Part shown: positions 38,020 to 47,850 of the stretch, in pieces
Numbering within the stretch: the first letter of the stretch is position 1
Layout of the letters: each line of letters starts with the position of its first letter
Source: Clostridia bacterium
Lineage (GTDB): Bacteria; Bacillota; Clostridia; Oscillospirales; CAG-272
Direction: 5' to 3'
Assembly (NCBI GenBank): GCA_017504405.1
Contig: JAFVRG010000010.1
Location: 1,883-65,882 of the forward strand
Length of the DNA stretch: 64,000 nt
Notes under the pieces: generated by a model
Seen by the model: the letters and a program-made list of their open reading frames with translations, nothing else
Databases searched by the model: none
What the model was told of the DNA's origin: nothing
Program-made: the position numbers and the translations under genes

Positions 38020-39899
38020 ATTCTAAGCTCCTGCTTTGAATAATTTTTGACAGCCCTGCATACAGCTCCTGCGTCTATACCGCAATACTCATAAAGGTCG
38101 CACGGCTCTGTCGGGTTGGCGAAGCTGTTGTCTATCGCAAGTATCTCGTACTCGCCCTCGGCATACCTTTCGGGCGCAACACGTGAGAGTGCCTCGCCTA
38201 TTATCATTCCTGCGCCGCCGTTGCGTATTCCCTCCTCAAGAAAGATTATCTTTCCGCTCTCGGGAAGCAGATTTTTGATTTTCTCCGCCGTTTCCGCATA
38301 CGGACATAGCTGTTCGAGCAAAATTACCTGCGTAGGTATGCCCTCGGCTCTCAGAGACTCTGCGGCATCGAGCGCCCTCTCGGCAATTTTTCCGTAGGTT
38401 ATAACCGTAGCCCCCCTATAGAAATTCGAGGTATCGGTACGCACGCCGAAGCTATCAAAATCGCCGTCGGGATAGAAGGCGTTTACTATCCTTTCATTTT
38501 CGGGTGCATTTGAATAGCGGATAGCGACGGGGGTCTGCAATTCTTTCGTGTGTTCAAGAATTTTTGCCATCGAGCCAAAGGTTTGGGGCGCATACAGCGT
38601 CATGCTCGGCACGTGCGACAAAAACGCAACGTCGAATATTCCGTGATGCGTTGCGCCGTCGGAAACGGCGAGCCCAGCTCGGTCTATACATACCGTTACG
38701 GGCAGGCTCTGGAGCGCAATATCGTGAAGAATATTGTCATACCCCCTCTGCAAAAAGGTGGAATAAACTCCAAAGTAGGGACGCTTGCCTGCGGCGGCAA
38801 GTCCCGCCGAGAAGGTGAGCGCATGCTCCTCCGCAATACCTACGTCAAAAAACCTATCCTTATATTTTTCGCAAAATCTGTCAAGCCCCGTGCCTGCGCC
38901 CATAGCGGCAGTAACGGCGCATATACGTTCGTCATTTTGCGCCATATCGCATAGGGTGTCGCATAAAACGCTGTTAAAGGTCGGCTTGCAGCTCTTGCTT
39001 GTATAATAGCTGTGATATTCAGTCGGGCTCTTCTCGGCGGGGGCATAGCCCTTTCCCTTCACCGTGCGCAGATGAACGAGCACGGGGCGTCCGAGATTTT
39101 TCGCCTCGGAGAATATCATCTCCATTTTTTCAATATCGTGGCCGTCCGCAGGGCCTATGTAGGCAAAGCCCATCTGCTCAAAGTAGTTCGGACGGACCAG
39201 AATTGCCTTCAATATACGCTTGATTTTCCTCGTCAGCCTGAAAAGGAAATTGCCGAAAAGGGGTATCCCCTTCAAAAACGAGCGGGTTGCCCTCTTTGTC
39301 TTAACGTATTTTTTCGACACACGCATCCTTGCAATCAGCTTTGCAAATCTGCCAGTGTTTTTGGATATTGACATCTCGTTTTCGTTGAGAACAACGACAA
39401 GTCGCACGTTTCTGTGACAGTTATTGAGCGCCTCGTGTACCATTCCGCCCGTGAAGGCTCCGTCACCGATAACCGCAACCGTTGTGCTGTCGCTGCCCGA
39501 AAGTCGGTCAGCCTCGCAAAATCCGAGTGCTGCGGATATTGAGGTCGAGGAATGTCCTGCGCCGAACGGGTCGTATTTGCTCTCTGCTCGGTTGGTAAAG
39601 CCCGAAAGCCCACCTGTTTTTCGTAGGGTGTCAAAGTTCTCACGCCTGCCCGTCAAAAGCTTATGCGTATAGCTCTGGTGTCCGACGTCGAATATTATCC
39701 TGTCCTTCTCAATATCAAATACCCTGTGGAGCGCAACCGTCAGCTCTACCACACCGAGATTTGATGCGAGGTGTCCGCCGTTCTGCGTTACCTTTTCAAC
39801 TAAAAATTTTCTAATGTCCTCGCACAGAGCGTATGCGCCGCTGTGTGACAGCGCCTTTATATCCTCGGGGCTATTCACCCCGTCAAGTGTTTCGTACAT
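38016..39899 (-). CDS. dxs: 1-deoxy-D-xylulose-5-phosphate synthase
   Basis: 627 aa. GGHLASNLGVVELTVALH, DVGHQSY, GDGAFTGGM (ThDP motif) and HHGIFD. Confidence 0.95.
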   Translation of the reverse strand: MYETLDGVNSPEDIKALSHSGAYALCEDIRKFLVEKVTQNGGHLASNLGVVELTVALHRVFDIEKDRIIFDVGHQSYTHKLLTGRRENFDTLRKTGGLSGFTNRAESKYDPFGAGHSSTSISAALGFCEADRLSGSDSTTVAVIGDGAFTGGMVHEALNNCHRNVRLVVVLNENEMSISKNTGRFAKLIARMRVSKKYVKTKRATRSFLKGIPLFGNFLFRLTRKIKRILKAILVRPNYFEQMGFAYIGPADGHDIEKMEMIFSEAKNLGRPVLVHLRTVKGKGYAPAEKSPTEYHSYYTSKSCKPTFNSVLCDTLCDMAQNDERICAVTAAMGAGTGLDRFCEKYKDRFFDVGIAEEHALTFSAGLAAAGKRPYFGVYSTFLQRGYDNILHDIALQSLPVTVCIDRAGLAVSDGATHHGIFDVAFLSHVPSMTLYAPQTFGSMAKILEHTKELQTPVAIRYSNAPENERIVNAFYPDGDFDSFGVRTDTSNFYRGATVITYGKIAERALDAAESLRAEGIPTQVILLEQLCPYAETAEKIKNLLPESGKIIFLEEGIRNGGAGMIIGEALSRVAPERYAEGEYEILAIDNSFANPTEPCDLYEYCGIDAGAVCRAVKNYSKQELRI

Positions 39900-39936
39900 A
39901 AAAACCTCTTTGCCTTTGCTTCTGACCTGTGCCCCG

Positions 39937-40788
39937 TCAGTTATCTAAAATCTCCTCGGACGTGTTTTCCAACAGGACATTTCCCTCCGTCTCCGCATCG
40001 CCTCTCGACGTGGGAGCTGTGCCAAACACACGCTTATACGCCCGATAGAATGTTGAATAGTCGGCAAAGCCCACGCTGTATGCGGCAAACGAGGCGCTTG
40101 CGCCCTCCTCTATCATCTGGCGTGCCAATACTACCTTCTTGTTATTTATATATCCGAACACGGATATTTTGTTGTATTCCTTGAAGGCACGGCATAGGTA
40201 TGATTTGCTGACGAAGAAATGTCTGGCAATCTCGTCGAGCATTATCCTCGAGGTTATGCGCTCGTTGACGTACTTGATAACCATAGCGCCGAGGGCGCTG
40301 TCACCGTGAGAATCAACGGGGGGCTGGTTATTGATAGCGGTTATAAGCAGCTCACCTATAAGCACCCGTGCCATAGCGGAGCGCAATCCCGTTTCTATGT
40401 CGCAAAGATTTTCAAGCCGTCCGAAAATCTCCTCGATGCGCCGACGGCGCTCACCGTCAACCCGTATCACCGCACTGCCGTATTTCTCAAGATACTCCGC
40501 AATTTCGCTCGGAATATCATCGCCCGAAAAATTCAGAACGTAGCGGTTGTAGGCGTGGTTTACGCTCGGCTCCGCATAGTGAAATTTGCACGGCAAAACG
40601 AGGGCTACCGTGCCCGAGGTAATATCGTAACGCTCGCCCTCGTACATATAGTGTCCCACTCCCTCAAGCACAAAAAGCACCTCGTAGGTCGTGTGACAGT
40701 GCTTCTCAAACGAGGATGGCGAGGGCTTCTCGCTTTCGCTGTGGTGCATTGACACCGTGCCGTAGTTAAAAATTTCGCATTTATCCAT
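39937..40788 (-). CDS. AraC family transcriptional regulator (cupin plus HTH)
   Basis: Start moved to the ATG at 40788 (MDKCEIF) with AAGGAG upstream. C-terminal AraC HTH (AAYSVGFADYSTFYRAYKRVFG). Divergent from uxuA. Confidence 0.8.
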   Translation of the reverse strand: MDKCEIFNYGTVSMHHSESEKPSPSSFEKHCHTTYEVLFVLEGVGHYMYEGERYDITSGTVALVLPCKFHYAEPSVNHAYNRYVLNFSGDDIPSEIAEYLEKYGSAVIRVDGERRRRIEEIFGRLENLCDIETGLRSAMARVLIGELLITAINNQPPVDSHGDSALGAMVIKYVNERITSRIMLDEIARHFFVSKSYLCRAFKEYNKISVFGYINNKKVVLARQMIEEGASASFAAYSVGFADYSTFYRAYKRVFGTAPTSRGDAETEGNVLLENTSEEILDN

Positions 40789-40957
40789 ATTGTCTATCTC
40801 CTTGTGCTGTTGCACAGTAGTTCAATTATAGCACACAAAAAGAATATTTGCAATAGTTTTTGCAATAATTGCAATTGAATTTTTACCTTGCGTATTATAA
40901 AATAAACTTAACGGATACTATTATCTGTAAAACGTATTAAGGAAAGGACACTCTGCC

Positions 40958-41998
40958 ATGAAAATGACATTTCGTTGGTATGGAGAAAACGACTGCATAC
41001 CGCTAAATTACATTAAGCAGATTCAGGGAATGAGCGGTGTCGTCACCGCCGTTTACGACGTGCCCGTAGGTCAGGTATGGGAGCTATCCCGACTGGAAAG
41101 GCTGAAGGAGCTGTGCGATGCGGCTGACCTCGAAATGGAGGTTATCGAATCGGTACCCGTCCACGAGGACATAAAGCTCGGGCTTCCCACCCGTGACGCC
41201 TATATCGAGGCGTACAAGCAGAACATTATCAACTGCGGTAAGGTGGGCGTTAAGTGCATCTGCTACAACTTCATGCCTGTATTTGACTGGCTGCGCACCG
41301 ACCTCTATTTCAAGCATAAGGACGGCGCAACCTCTCTCGCCTACAATCACGATACACTCATGAAGCTCGACCCGAAAAATCTCCGTCTCCCCGGCTGGGA
41401 CGAGAGCTATACCGCCGACGAGCTGAATGCCCTGCTCGACTCCTACAAGGGCATGACGCACGAGAAGCTTTTTGACAACCTCGTATACTTTTTGAACGCT
41501 ATAATGCCCGCATGCGACGAGGCAGGCGTCAATATGGCTATACACCCCGACGATCCGCCGTGGGATATGTTCGGTCTTCCCCGTATAATCTGTAAGGAGG
41601 AGGACTACGACCGCCTGTTTGCGGCTGTGCCCAATATGCACAACGGTATAACCTTCTGCACGGGCTCGCTCGGCGCAGGACGCTTCAACGACCTGCCGAA
41701 AATGGCGGCAAAGTACGCAAAGAGAATACATTTCGCTCATCTGCGTCAGCTCAAATACACATCCGACATTGATTTCTTTGAGAACGGTCACATGACCGAG
41801 CTCGGAAACGTCGATATTGCCGAAATAATGAAGGCTCTCGCAAAGAACGGATTTGAGGGCTACGTGCGCCCCGACCACGGAAGAAACATCTGGGGCGAGG
41901 ATGCTAAGCCCGGCTACGGTCTTTTCGACAGAGCGCTCGGCGCTACCTACCTCTCGGGTCTTTGGGAGGGAATAGTAAAGTCCGAAAAGGAGATTTGA
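40958..41998 (+). CDS. uxuA: Mannonate dehydratase
   Basis: MKMTFRWYGENDCIPLNYIKQI, CYNFMPVFDW and IHPDDPP are UxuA signatures. Confidence 0.9.
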   Translation: MKMTFRWYGENDCIPLNYIKQIQGMSGVVTAVYDVPVGQVWELSRLERLKELCDAADLEMEVIESVPVHEDIKLGLPTRDAYIEAYKQNIINCGKVGVKCICYNFMPVFDWLRTDLYFKHKDGATSLAYNHDTLMKLDPKNLRLPGWDESYTADELNALLDSYKGMTHEKLFDNLVYFLNAIMPACDEAGVNMAIHPDDPPWDMFGLPRIICKEEDYDRLFAAVPNMHNGITFCTGSLGAGRFNDLPKMAAKYAKRIHFAHLRQLKYTSDIDFFENGHMTELGNVDIAEIMKALAKNGFEGYVRPDHGRNIWGEDAKPGYGLFDRALGATYLSGLWEGIVKSEKEI

Positions 41999-41999
41999 T

Positions 42000-42851
42000 A
42001 TGAAGCTTCCATTCAAAATTGATTTATCCGACAAGGTTGCGGTTATTACAGGCGGCGGCGGAGTTCTCTGCGCCTCCTTTGCCGAGGCTGTTGCAGAGTG
42101 CGGCGCTAAGGTTGCGGTTCTTGACATAAACCTCGAGGCGGCAGAAAGGGTTGCAGCAGGCATCAGAGCAAACGGCGGTATCGCTATCGCTGTCAAGGCA
42201 AACTGCCTTGAGCGTGAGAGCCTCGACGAGGCAAGGGCTACCGTTGAAAAGGAGCTTGGCTCATGCGACATTCTCATCAACGGAGCAGGCGGAAACAACC
42301 CCCGTGCGACCACCGCAAACGAGTATTTCGACCCCGAAACTCTCGGTGATGCGGACAAGGTTGATTTCTTCGACCTAAAGCCCGAGGGAATTAAGTTCGT
42401 GTTCGACCTCAACGTAACAGCGGCATTCCTCACCACACAGGTATTTGCGCTCGATATGGCGAAGAAGGGTAAGGGTACGGTGCTCAACATTTCCTCGATG
42501 AACGCATTCCGTCCTCTGACGAAAATCCCCGCATACAGTGCGGCAAAGGCGGCTGTATCTAACTTCACCCAGTGGCTTGCAGTTCATTTTGCAACCGCAG
42601 GCGTGCGTGTAAACGCAATAGCACCCGGCTTTTTCGTAACCAACCAGAACCGTGCGCTTCTGTTCGCACCCGACGGAACACCCACTCCGAGAACCGAGAA
42701 AATCCTCAGGGGTACTCCTATGGGACGCTTCGGCGAGAGCGAGGAGCTTCTCGGCACTATGCTCTGGCTCCTCTCCGATGAGGCGGCAGGCTTCGTTACA
42801 GGAATAGTCGTTCCCGTTGACGGCGGCTTCTCCGCTTATTCGGGAGTTTAA
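42000..42851 (+). CDS. SDR-type oxidoreductase, probably D-mannonate/fructuronate oxidoreductase
   Basis: ITGGGGVLC and YSAAKAAV. It is immediately downstream of uxuA, and the function is inferred from that context. Confidence 0.65.
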   Translation: MKLPFKIDLSDKVAVITGGGGVLCASFAEAVAECGAKVAVLDINLEAAERVAAGIRANGGIAIAVKANCLERESLDEARATVEKELGSCDILINGAGGNNPRATTANEYFDPETLGDADKVDFFDLKPEGIKFVFDLNVTAAFLTTQVFALDMAKKGKGTVLNISSMNAFRPLTKIPAYSAAKAAVSNFTQWLAVHFATAGVRVNAIAPGFFVTNQNRALLFAPDGTPTPRTEKILRGTPMGRFGESEELLGTMLWLLSDEAAGFVTGIVVPVDGGFSAYSGV

Positions 42852-42896
42852 CTCCTTTAAAACCTAAAGCTCTTGGCATGACAGCCAAGAGCTTTT

Positions 42897-43727
42897 TTAT
42901 TTTTTCCTCGCACGGCGGTATTCGAGCGGGGTTTTTCCTGTTTTTTTCTTAAAGACGGTGCAAAGCTGACCTCGGTCAAAAAAGCCCACCTCCAAGGAGA
43001 TTTCCTCAACCGAAAGATTTGTATTTGCAAGCAGCTTTTTTGCCACCGATATGCGCTCTGAAATCAGTCTCTGATGAATCGTCATACCCGTATTCTGCTT
43101 AAAAACCGAGTTGAGATAGTAGGAGTGGTATCCGAGAGCCGAGGCAATTTTTTTATTGGTTATGTCCTTGTCGTAATTCTTCTTTATGTATAGCATAACC
43201 CTGCCTGCGAGCGCACCTGCGCCGTCAGCAGCTCCCATCGTTTCTCCGAGCATATAACACAAAATACGCTTGACCGTTGCGGACGTATGCGCATCCGCAA
43301 GCTCCTCGCTCGCTCCCATACCTGCAACGCATTCCTCAAAAAGCGGTTCAAGCGAGTAGGCATTATGCGCTACCAGCGTTTCAGAAAGCTCGTCGGGCGG
43401 GTCGTTTTCAAAAATTTTCGAGCTGTCAAAGCTATCCGCTACGCTTGGACGCAGCGCCTTTTTTTTGCTTGCATTATCTCTGCTCATATCGAAATTGAGC
43501 ACCATAATCTTTACCTTTTTATCAAAATAATACGGAGTTGCGGGGCGCAGATAAACGGCAGAGCCTGTGTGAAGCAGTATTGCTCTATCCTCAAGAACGA
43601 GATTGACAGGGCCCGACAGCACATAGAAAAGCCTGTAATCGTAGGAGAGGGCGTGAGGCGGCTGAGACATTACCGAGGGTTGAAGCTCGGCGTAACGCAG
43701 ATAGGGATTTATTTCGGCAAGTGTCAT
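42897..43727 (-). CDS. AraC family transcriptional regulator, divergent from the Fe-S operon
   Basis: Start at 43727 (MTLAEINPYLRYAE). C-terminal AraC HTH (EISLEVGFFDRGQLCTVFKKKTGKTPLEYRR). Confidence 0.8.
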   Translation of the reverse strand: MTLAEINPYLRYAELQPSVMSQPPHALSYDYRLFYVLSGPVNLVLEDRAILLHTGSAVYLRPATPYYFDKKVKIMVLNFDMSRDNASKKKALRPSVADSFDSSKIFENDPPDELSETLVAHNAYSLEPLFEECVAGMGASEELADAHTSATVKRILCYMLGETMGAADGAGALAGRVMLYIKKNYDKDITNKKIASALGYHSYYLNSVFKQNTGMTIHQRLISERISVAKKLLANTNLSVEEISLEVGFFDRGQLCTVFKKKTGKTPLEYRRARKK

Positions 43728-43849
43728 TTGTTTACCTTTGTTTTTCAAACTTTTTGATTTGTATTTTATATTGATTATAGCATACAAAAGTTATATAATC
43801 AACATATAAAGTAATTATTTTTCAAACTGTTTTGAAAAAGGAGATGCTG

Positions 43850-44887
43850 ATGAAATACATAGTCGGATATCAGGACAGAGGCGACACGTCTTTTCTCGAT
43901 ACGGTGATAAAAAATCAGGACAGCATAAAGGAACTGTATTTTTCCTGGGGAGATTTCCCTAACGGAAGAAAGAGCCTTTTTGACGATGCGAGCGAAACGC
44001 TTTTTGAACGGCAAATGCGGCAGGCGAAGGATTTGAAGCGTCTGAGCGAGGAGAAAATCCCTATGAATCTTCTGTTCAACGCAAACTGCTACGGAGAGGA
44101 CAGTCAATCCAGAAAATTCTTTGAAAAAATCGGCTCAACTGTTGATTTTATAAAGCAGAGCTTCGGGCTGTCATCGGTAACTACCTCGTCACCGCTCATA
44201 GCAAAATTCATCAAAAACAACTTCGAGGGCGTTGACGTCAGGGCGTCGGTCAATATGGAGATAGGTTCTGTTGAGGGACTTGGCTACGTCAAGGACTGTT
44301 TTGACAGCTATTATATCAAAAGGGAGAAAAACCGAAGCTTTGCCGAGCTTGCGCGTCTGCGCAAGTGGTGCGACAGCGAGGGCAAGGAAATGTATCTGCT
44401 CGCAAACAGCGGATGCCTCTATAACTGCTTGGCTCATATCTTCCACGACAATCTGGTGGCGCACGAGGCGGATATATCGAAAATGGACAACGGCTACGAC
44501 TTTTCGGGCGTGTGCTGGGAGTTTCTCAAAAACCCCGATAACAGAAATGAATGGTTAGAACGCACTACATTTATTCGCCCCGAGGACATTCACCTCTATG
44601 AGGGGTTGGTTAGCGCCGTGAAGCTCGCAACCCGTGTGAATTTTTCGCCGTCACGCATTATTGACGCCTACGTCAAACGCCGCTATCACGGCTCGGTTAT
44701 GGAGCTTTTAGAGCCAAACCACAGTGGCGTTTTCTATCCCCAATACGTCGATAATTCAAAAATACCCGACAGCTTTGCCAAGCGTGCGGGCAGCTGTGAC
44801 AGAAATTGCAGGGAATGCGGATACTGCTCCCGTGTTATGAACGGTGCAACCGTGACTCTTTCTGCTGATACCTCATTAAAAGTATGA
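43850..44887 (+). CDS. U32 (collagenase-like) family-like TIM-barrel protein with a C-terminal Cys cluster
   Basis: The ATG at 43850 lies 6 nt after AAAAAGGAG. The layout ELYFSWGDFPNGR ... VRASVNMEIG ... YIKREKNRSFAEL ... YLLANSGCLYNCLAH parallels U32 proteins as I recall them. The C-terminal CDRNCRECGYC could bind Fe-S. This call needs an HMM check. Confidence 0.4.
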   Translation: MKYIVGYQDRGDTSFLDTVIKNQDSIKELYFSWGDFPNGRKSLFDDASETLFERQMRQAKDLKRLSEEKIPMNLLFNANCYGEDSQSRKFFEKIGSTVDFIKQSFGLSSVTTSSPLIAKFIKNNFEGVDVRASVNMEIGSVEGLGYVKDCFDSYYIKREKNRSFAELARLRKWCDSEGKEMYLLANSGCLYNCLAHIFHDNLVAHEADISKMDNGYDFSGVCWEFLKNPDNRNEWLERTTFIRPEDIHLYEGLVSAVKLATRVNFSPSRIIDAYVKRRYHGSVMELLEPNHSGVFYPQYVDNSKIPDSFAKRAGSCDRNCRECGYCSRVMNGATVTLSADTSLKV

Positions 44888-44900
44888 ACGGAGATTTGCT

Positions 44901-45980
44901 ATGCTGACAAGTGAAATGATTAAAAGGGCTGCCCTCGAGGCAGGCGCTGATAAATGCGGAATAGCGCCTATGTCGAGATTTGACGGTGCGCCCGACGATA
45001 TGAATCCGCAATTTCTTTTTCCGGAAGCAAAGAGCTGTATCGGCTTTGTCTTCCGTATTCCCCGTGGAGTTCAGCGAGGAATAGAAGAGGGAACGCAGTT
45101 TTTCCAATACCCGTCTATGGCATACGGAGGAATAAACGAAATATTTGCCCCTGCGGTGCTGTACCACGTGGGAAAGGTAATTGAGGACGAGGGCTACGAG
45201 GCGTTCGTATACAGAAATACGGGAGCAAGAGGAAGCGTATCCGATATGGACGGAAGTCCCGGAAACACCCTCTCGCCCGAGGAGCAGATAGAGGTAAACG
45301 AAAATGCAAAGACCTCAACTGCCCACCACAGGAGCGTTCAGTTCACGAGAGCGACGAGAGATACAAACGTCGCTCCCGACCTTCAGTTCCAGTTCAGGCT
45401 GGCGGCGGTTGCCTGCGGTCTCGGCGAAATAGGCTGGAGCAAAATGCTCCTCACACCCGAATTCGGCCCGCTGCAGAGGGTGGCATTTCTGTTTACCGAT
45501 GCAGAGCTTGAATACGATGAAATGTATAGCGGTGAGCCGCTATGCCGAAAGTGCGGCGCATGTGTCCGTGAATGTCCCGGCGGCTGCATACCGCCAATAA
45601 ATTCCGGAAAGACGGTGACAGTTGACCTCGCAGGCAAGATATGCGAGTGGGGAGATATAGATATGTGGCGCTGCTACGCCTTCTATACTCATGCGGGACG
45701 GTACTATAACCCCTTTGTGCCTAAGGAGGTATTTGATGAAAATCCTAACGGCAATCTCGATTTGTTGGAGGGAAAAACCGATATAGCAGACGAGAAGGAA
45801 ATAATGAAGGTATACGGCGAGCTCCAAAAATATTTTCCGAGCTGGGTCGGATACAATATGGCAAAATGCGGCGGCTGCATACGCGGATGCGTTTCGATGC
45901 TTGAAAAGAAGGGCGGCTGTATGGAAGGACGCTTCAAGGAGCCGCTGAGAACGAAAAAGCCCTGGAAGCTGGACAGGTGA
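44901..45980 (+). CDS. QueG / reductive-dehalogenase-superfamily-like Fe-S protein, paralog 1 (359 aa)
   Basis: AAVACGLGEIGWSKMLLTPEFGPLQRVAFLFTDAEL, CRKCGACVRECPGG (CxxCxxCxxxCP), WRCYAFY and C-terminal CGGCIRGC. No Tat or signal peptide. Confidence 0.55.
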   Translation: MLTSEMIKRAALEAGADKCGIAPMSRFDGAPDDMNPQFLFPEAKSCIGFVFRIPRGVQRGIEEGTQFFQYPSMAYGGINEIFAPAVLYHVGKVIEDEGYEAFVYRNTGARGSVSDMDGSPGNTLSPEEQIEVNENAKTSTAHHRSVQFTRATRDTNVAPDLQFQFRLAAVACGLGEIGWSKMLLTPEFGPLQRVAFLFTDAELEYDEMYSGEPLCRKCGACVRECPGGCIPPINSGKTVTVDLAGKICEWGDIDMWRCYAFYTHAGRYYNPFVPKEVFDENPNGNLDLLEGKTDIADEKEIMKVYGELQKYFPSWVGYNMAKCGGCIRGCVSMLEKKGGCMEGRFKEPLRTKKPWKLDR

Positions 45981-45989
45981 GGTACGGTT

Positions 45990-46889
45990 ATGCTGACAAG
46001 TGAATTTATAAAAGAAAAAGCGAGAGAGCTGGGCGCAAGCGTCTGCGGAATCGGAAAAATATATGAGGAAGTCGACCCTCAGCGCAGCCCGAAATCAATT
46101 CTGCCAAACGCAAAGGCCATAATCGGCTTTGGCTTTATCGTTCCGAGGGGAATTTACAGAGCGATGAGCAGCGGCGCACAGTATTACACCTACACAACCC
46201 TCGGCGTTAAGTATCCCGACGAGGAGCTTGCCGAAATATTTTTACTGAAAATGGGAGCAATCATTGAGGACTCTGGATACGATGCGTGTCTGCAAAAGGC
46301 GGTGCCCAACCTTCGTATAAAGGGCGACAAGGACACAAACCCCGAGGTTGTTGACACCTATGAGCTCGTACACGCAGTACCGGTTTCACCCGACAAGCCC
46401 GCTCCCGACGTCATCATTGACTTCGGCAAGGCGGCAAGGGCGTGCGGAATAGGCAGCACGGGACTCAGCGGTAAAATACTCAGTCCAAGCTGGGGACCTT
46501 ACATACGCTATTGCTTTATCATAACCGATGCGCCTCTCGACACCGACGAGCCCCTTGACACTCCTGTGTGTGACGGATGCGGAGAATGTATGAGAGTATG
46601 CCCTGGTAACGCAATAGACGAAAACGGACTTGACAGCTGGCAATGCGCCGTGTATTACAAGGGGGCGCACAAATCAAATCCTTTTATGCCGGACGACTTT
46701 CTTTCGGGGCATCCCGAGCGTGATGCCATTATAAACGGCGAAAAGCGATTTGATGCAAAATCGGCAAGAGAGCTGTTCCCCAGTCTTAACTTTCTTCCCA
46801 ATACTCAGTGGGGCTATGCCCCCTGCCTGTGCGGCAGAGCGTGTGACGTTGCCTGCTACGAGCATCTGAAAGGGGGACTCAAAAAATGA
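45990..46889 (+). CDS. QueG / reductive-dehalogenase-superfamily-like Fe-S protein, paralog 2 (299 aa)
   Basis: AARACGIGSTGLSGKILSPSWGPYIRYCFIITDAPL, CDGCGECMRVCPGNAI, WQCAVYY and CLCGRACDVAC. Confidence 0.55.
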   Translation: MLTSEFIKEKARELGASVCGIGKIYEEVDPQRSPKSILPNAKAIIGFGFIVPRGIYRAMSSGAQYYTYTTLGVKYPDEELAEIFLLKMGAIIEDSGYDACLQKAVPNLRIKGDKDTNPEVVDTYELVHAVPVSPDKPAPDVIIDFGKAARACGIGSTGLSGKILSPSWGPYIRYCFIITDAPLDTDEPLDTPVCDGCGECMRVCPGNAIDENGLDSWQCAVYYKGAHKSNPFMPDDFLSGHPERDAIINGEKRFDAKSARELFPSLNFLPNTQWGYAPCLCGRACDVACYEHLKGGLKK

Positions 46890-47821
46890 GAGAAAAGATT
46901 ATTGAGAGCTGTAAAAAATGGGGGGCTGACCTCGTTGGCTTTGCCCCTATTGACAGATTTTGCGCCGATTCTGCGGTACGCAAGCTGATGCCCGAGGCAA
47001 AAACCGTCATAGGTCTCGGGTTCCGTGTTCTCCGAGGCACGTACAGAGGAATTGAGGAGGGAAGCACCTACTACCAATATACCACCATGGGCGTTGAGAA
47101 TATGGAGGAAACGGTTATGCCTATGGTGCAGGTGCGCCTATCAATGTATCTTGAGGAAGAGGGGTATCTCGCTCTGCCTCAAAGAAGGCATCAGCAGATA
47201 ATGGCAGAAAGCGATTCTACAAACCCCGAGGTTGCGTACGATTCGGTTTACAGAGGATGCACGCAGGAAACGCAGATGAACTTTTCCGAGGCGGCTGTTC
47301 TGTGCGGTCTTGGTGAAATAGGCATGAATGGCGCTATCCTTACAGACGAGTTCGGACCGTTTGTCAGATGCTGCTTCGTCATTACCGACGCCGAGCTTGA
47401 GCCCACACCCGTAAAGGAAAAGCACCTGTGCGACAGATGCGGAAAATGCATAAAGGCTTGCCCGGGCGGCGCTATTTCCGAGAACGGCGAGCTCGACCCC
47501 TGGCAGTGCGCCGTATACTACAACGGCGCAAACGGAACGAAGAACCCGTTTATGCCCCCCGATGCCTTTGCTGATTTTGAAAACAGAATGGATATTATAG
47601 GCGGACGGGCGAGGGTTGACAAGGATACCGCACCCGAAATTTTGCAGAATATATACTTCTATCCCCCCGCACAGCACGCATACCAATGCTCAATATGCGG
47701 ACGGGCGTGTGATATGAGCTGCTATGTGCATCTCGAGGAAAAGGGTGCGCTGACCAAAGCCTTCAAGCTTCCCTTCCGCAGACGCAGTGAGTGGAAATTC
47801 TCCGAGAAGGATTTTGAGTGA
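46886..47821 (+). CDS. QueG / reductive-dehalogenase-superfamily-like Fe-S protein, paralog 3 (311 aa)
   Basis: ATGA overlap with paralog 2. AAVLCGLGEIGMNGAILTDEFGPFVRCCFVITDAEL, CDRCGKCIKACPGGAI, WQCAVYY and CSICGRACDMSC. Confidence 0.55.
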   Translation: MREKIIESCKKWGADLVGFAPIDRFCADSAVRKLMPEAKTVIGLGFRVLRGTYRGIEEGSTYYQYTTMGVENMEETVMPMVQVRLSMYLEEEGYLALPQRRHQQIMAESDSTNPEVAYDSVYRGCTQETQMNFSEAAVLCGLGEIGMNGAILTDEFGPFVRCCFVITDAELEPTPVKEKHLCDRCGKCIKACPGGAISENGELDPWQCAVYYNGANGTKNPFMPPDAFADFENRMDIIGGRARVDKDTAPEILQNIYFYPPAQHAYQCSICGRACDMSCYVHLEEKGALTKAFKLPFRRRSEWKFSEKDFE

Positions 47822-47850
47822 AAGCCACGGATTTTTAACAATTTACAGAT

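Noticed and set aside
44901-47821. Annotating any of the three Fe-S paralogs as the genuine epoxyqueuosine reductase queG
   Set aside because: The triplication, AraC control, shorter length and absence of the QueG C-terminal region (as far as I can judge by eye) make a housekeeping QueG role unproven. They are kept as superfamily-level calls.
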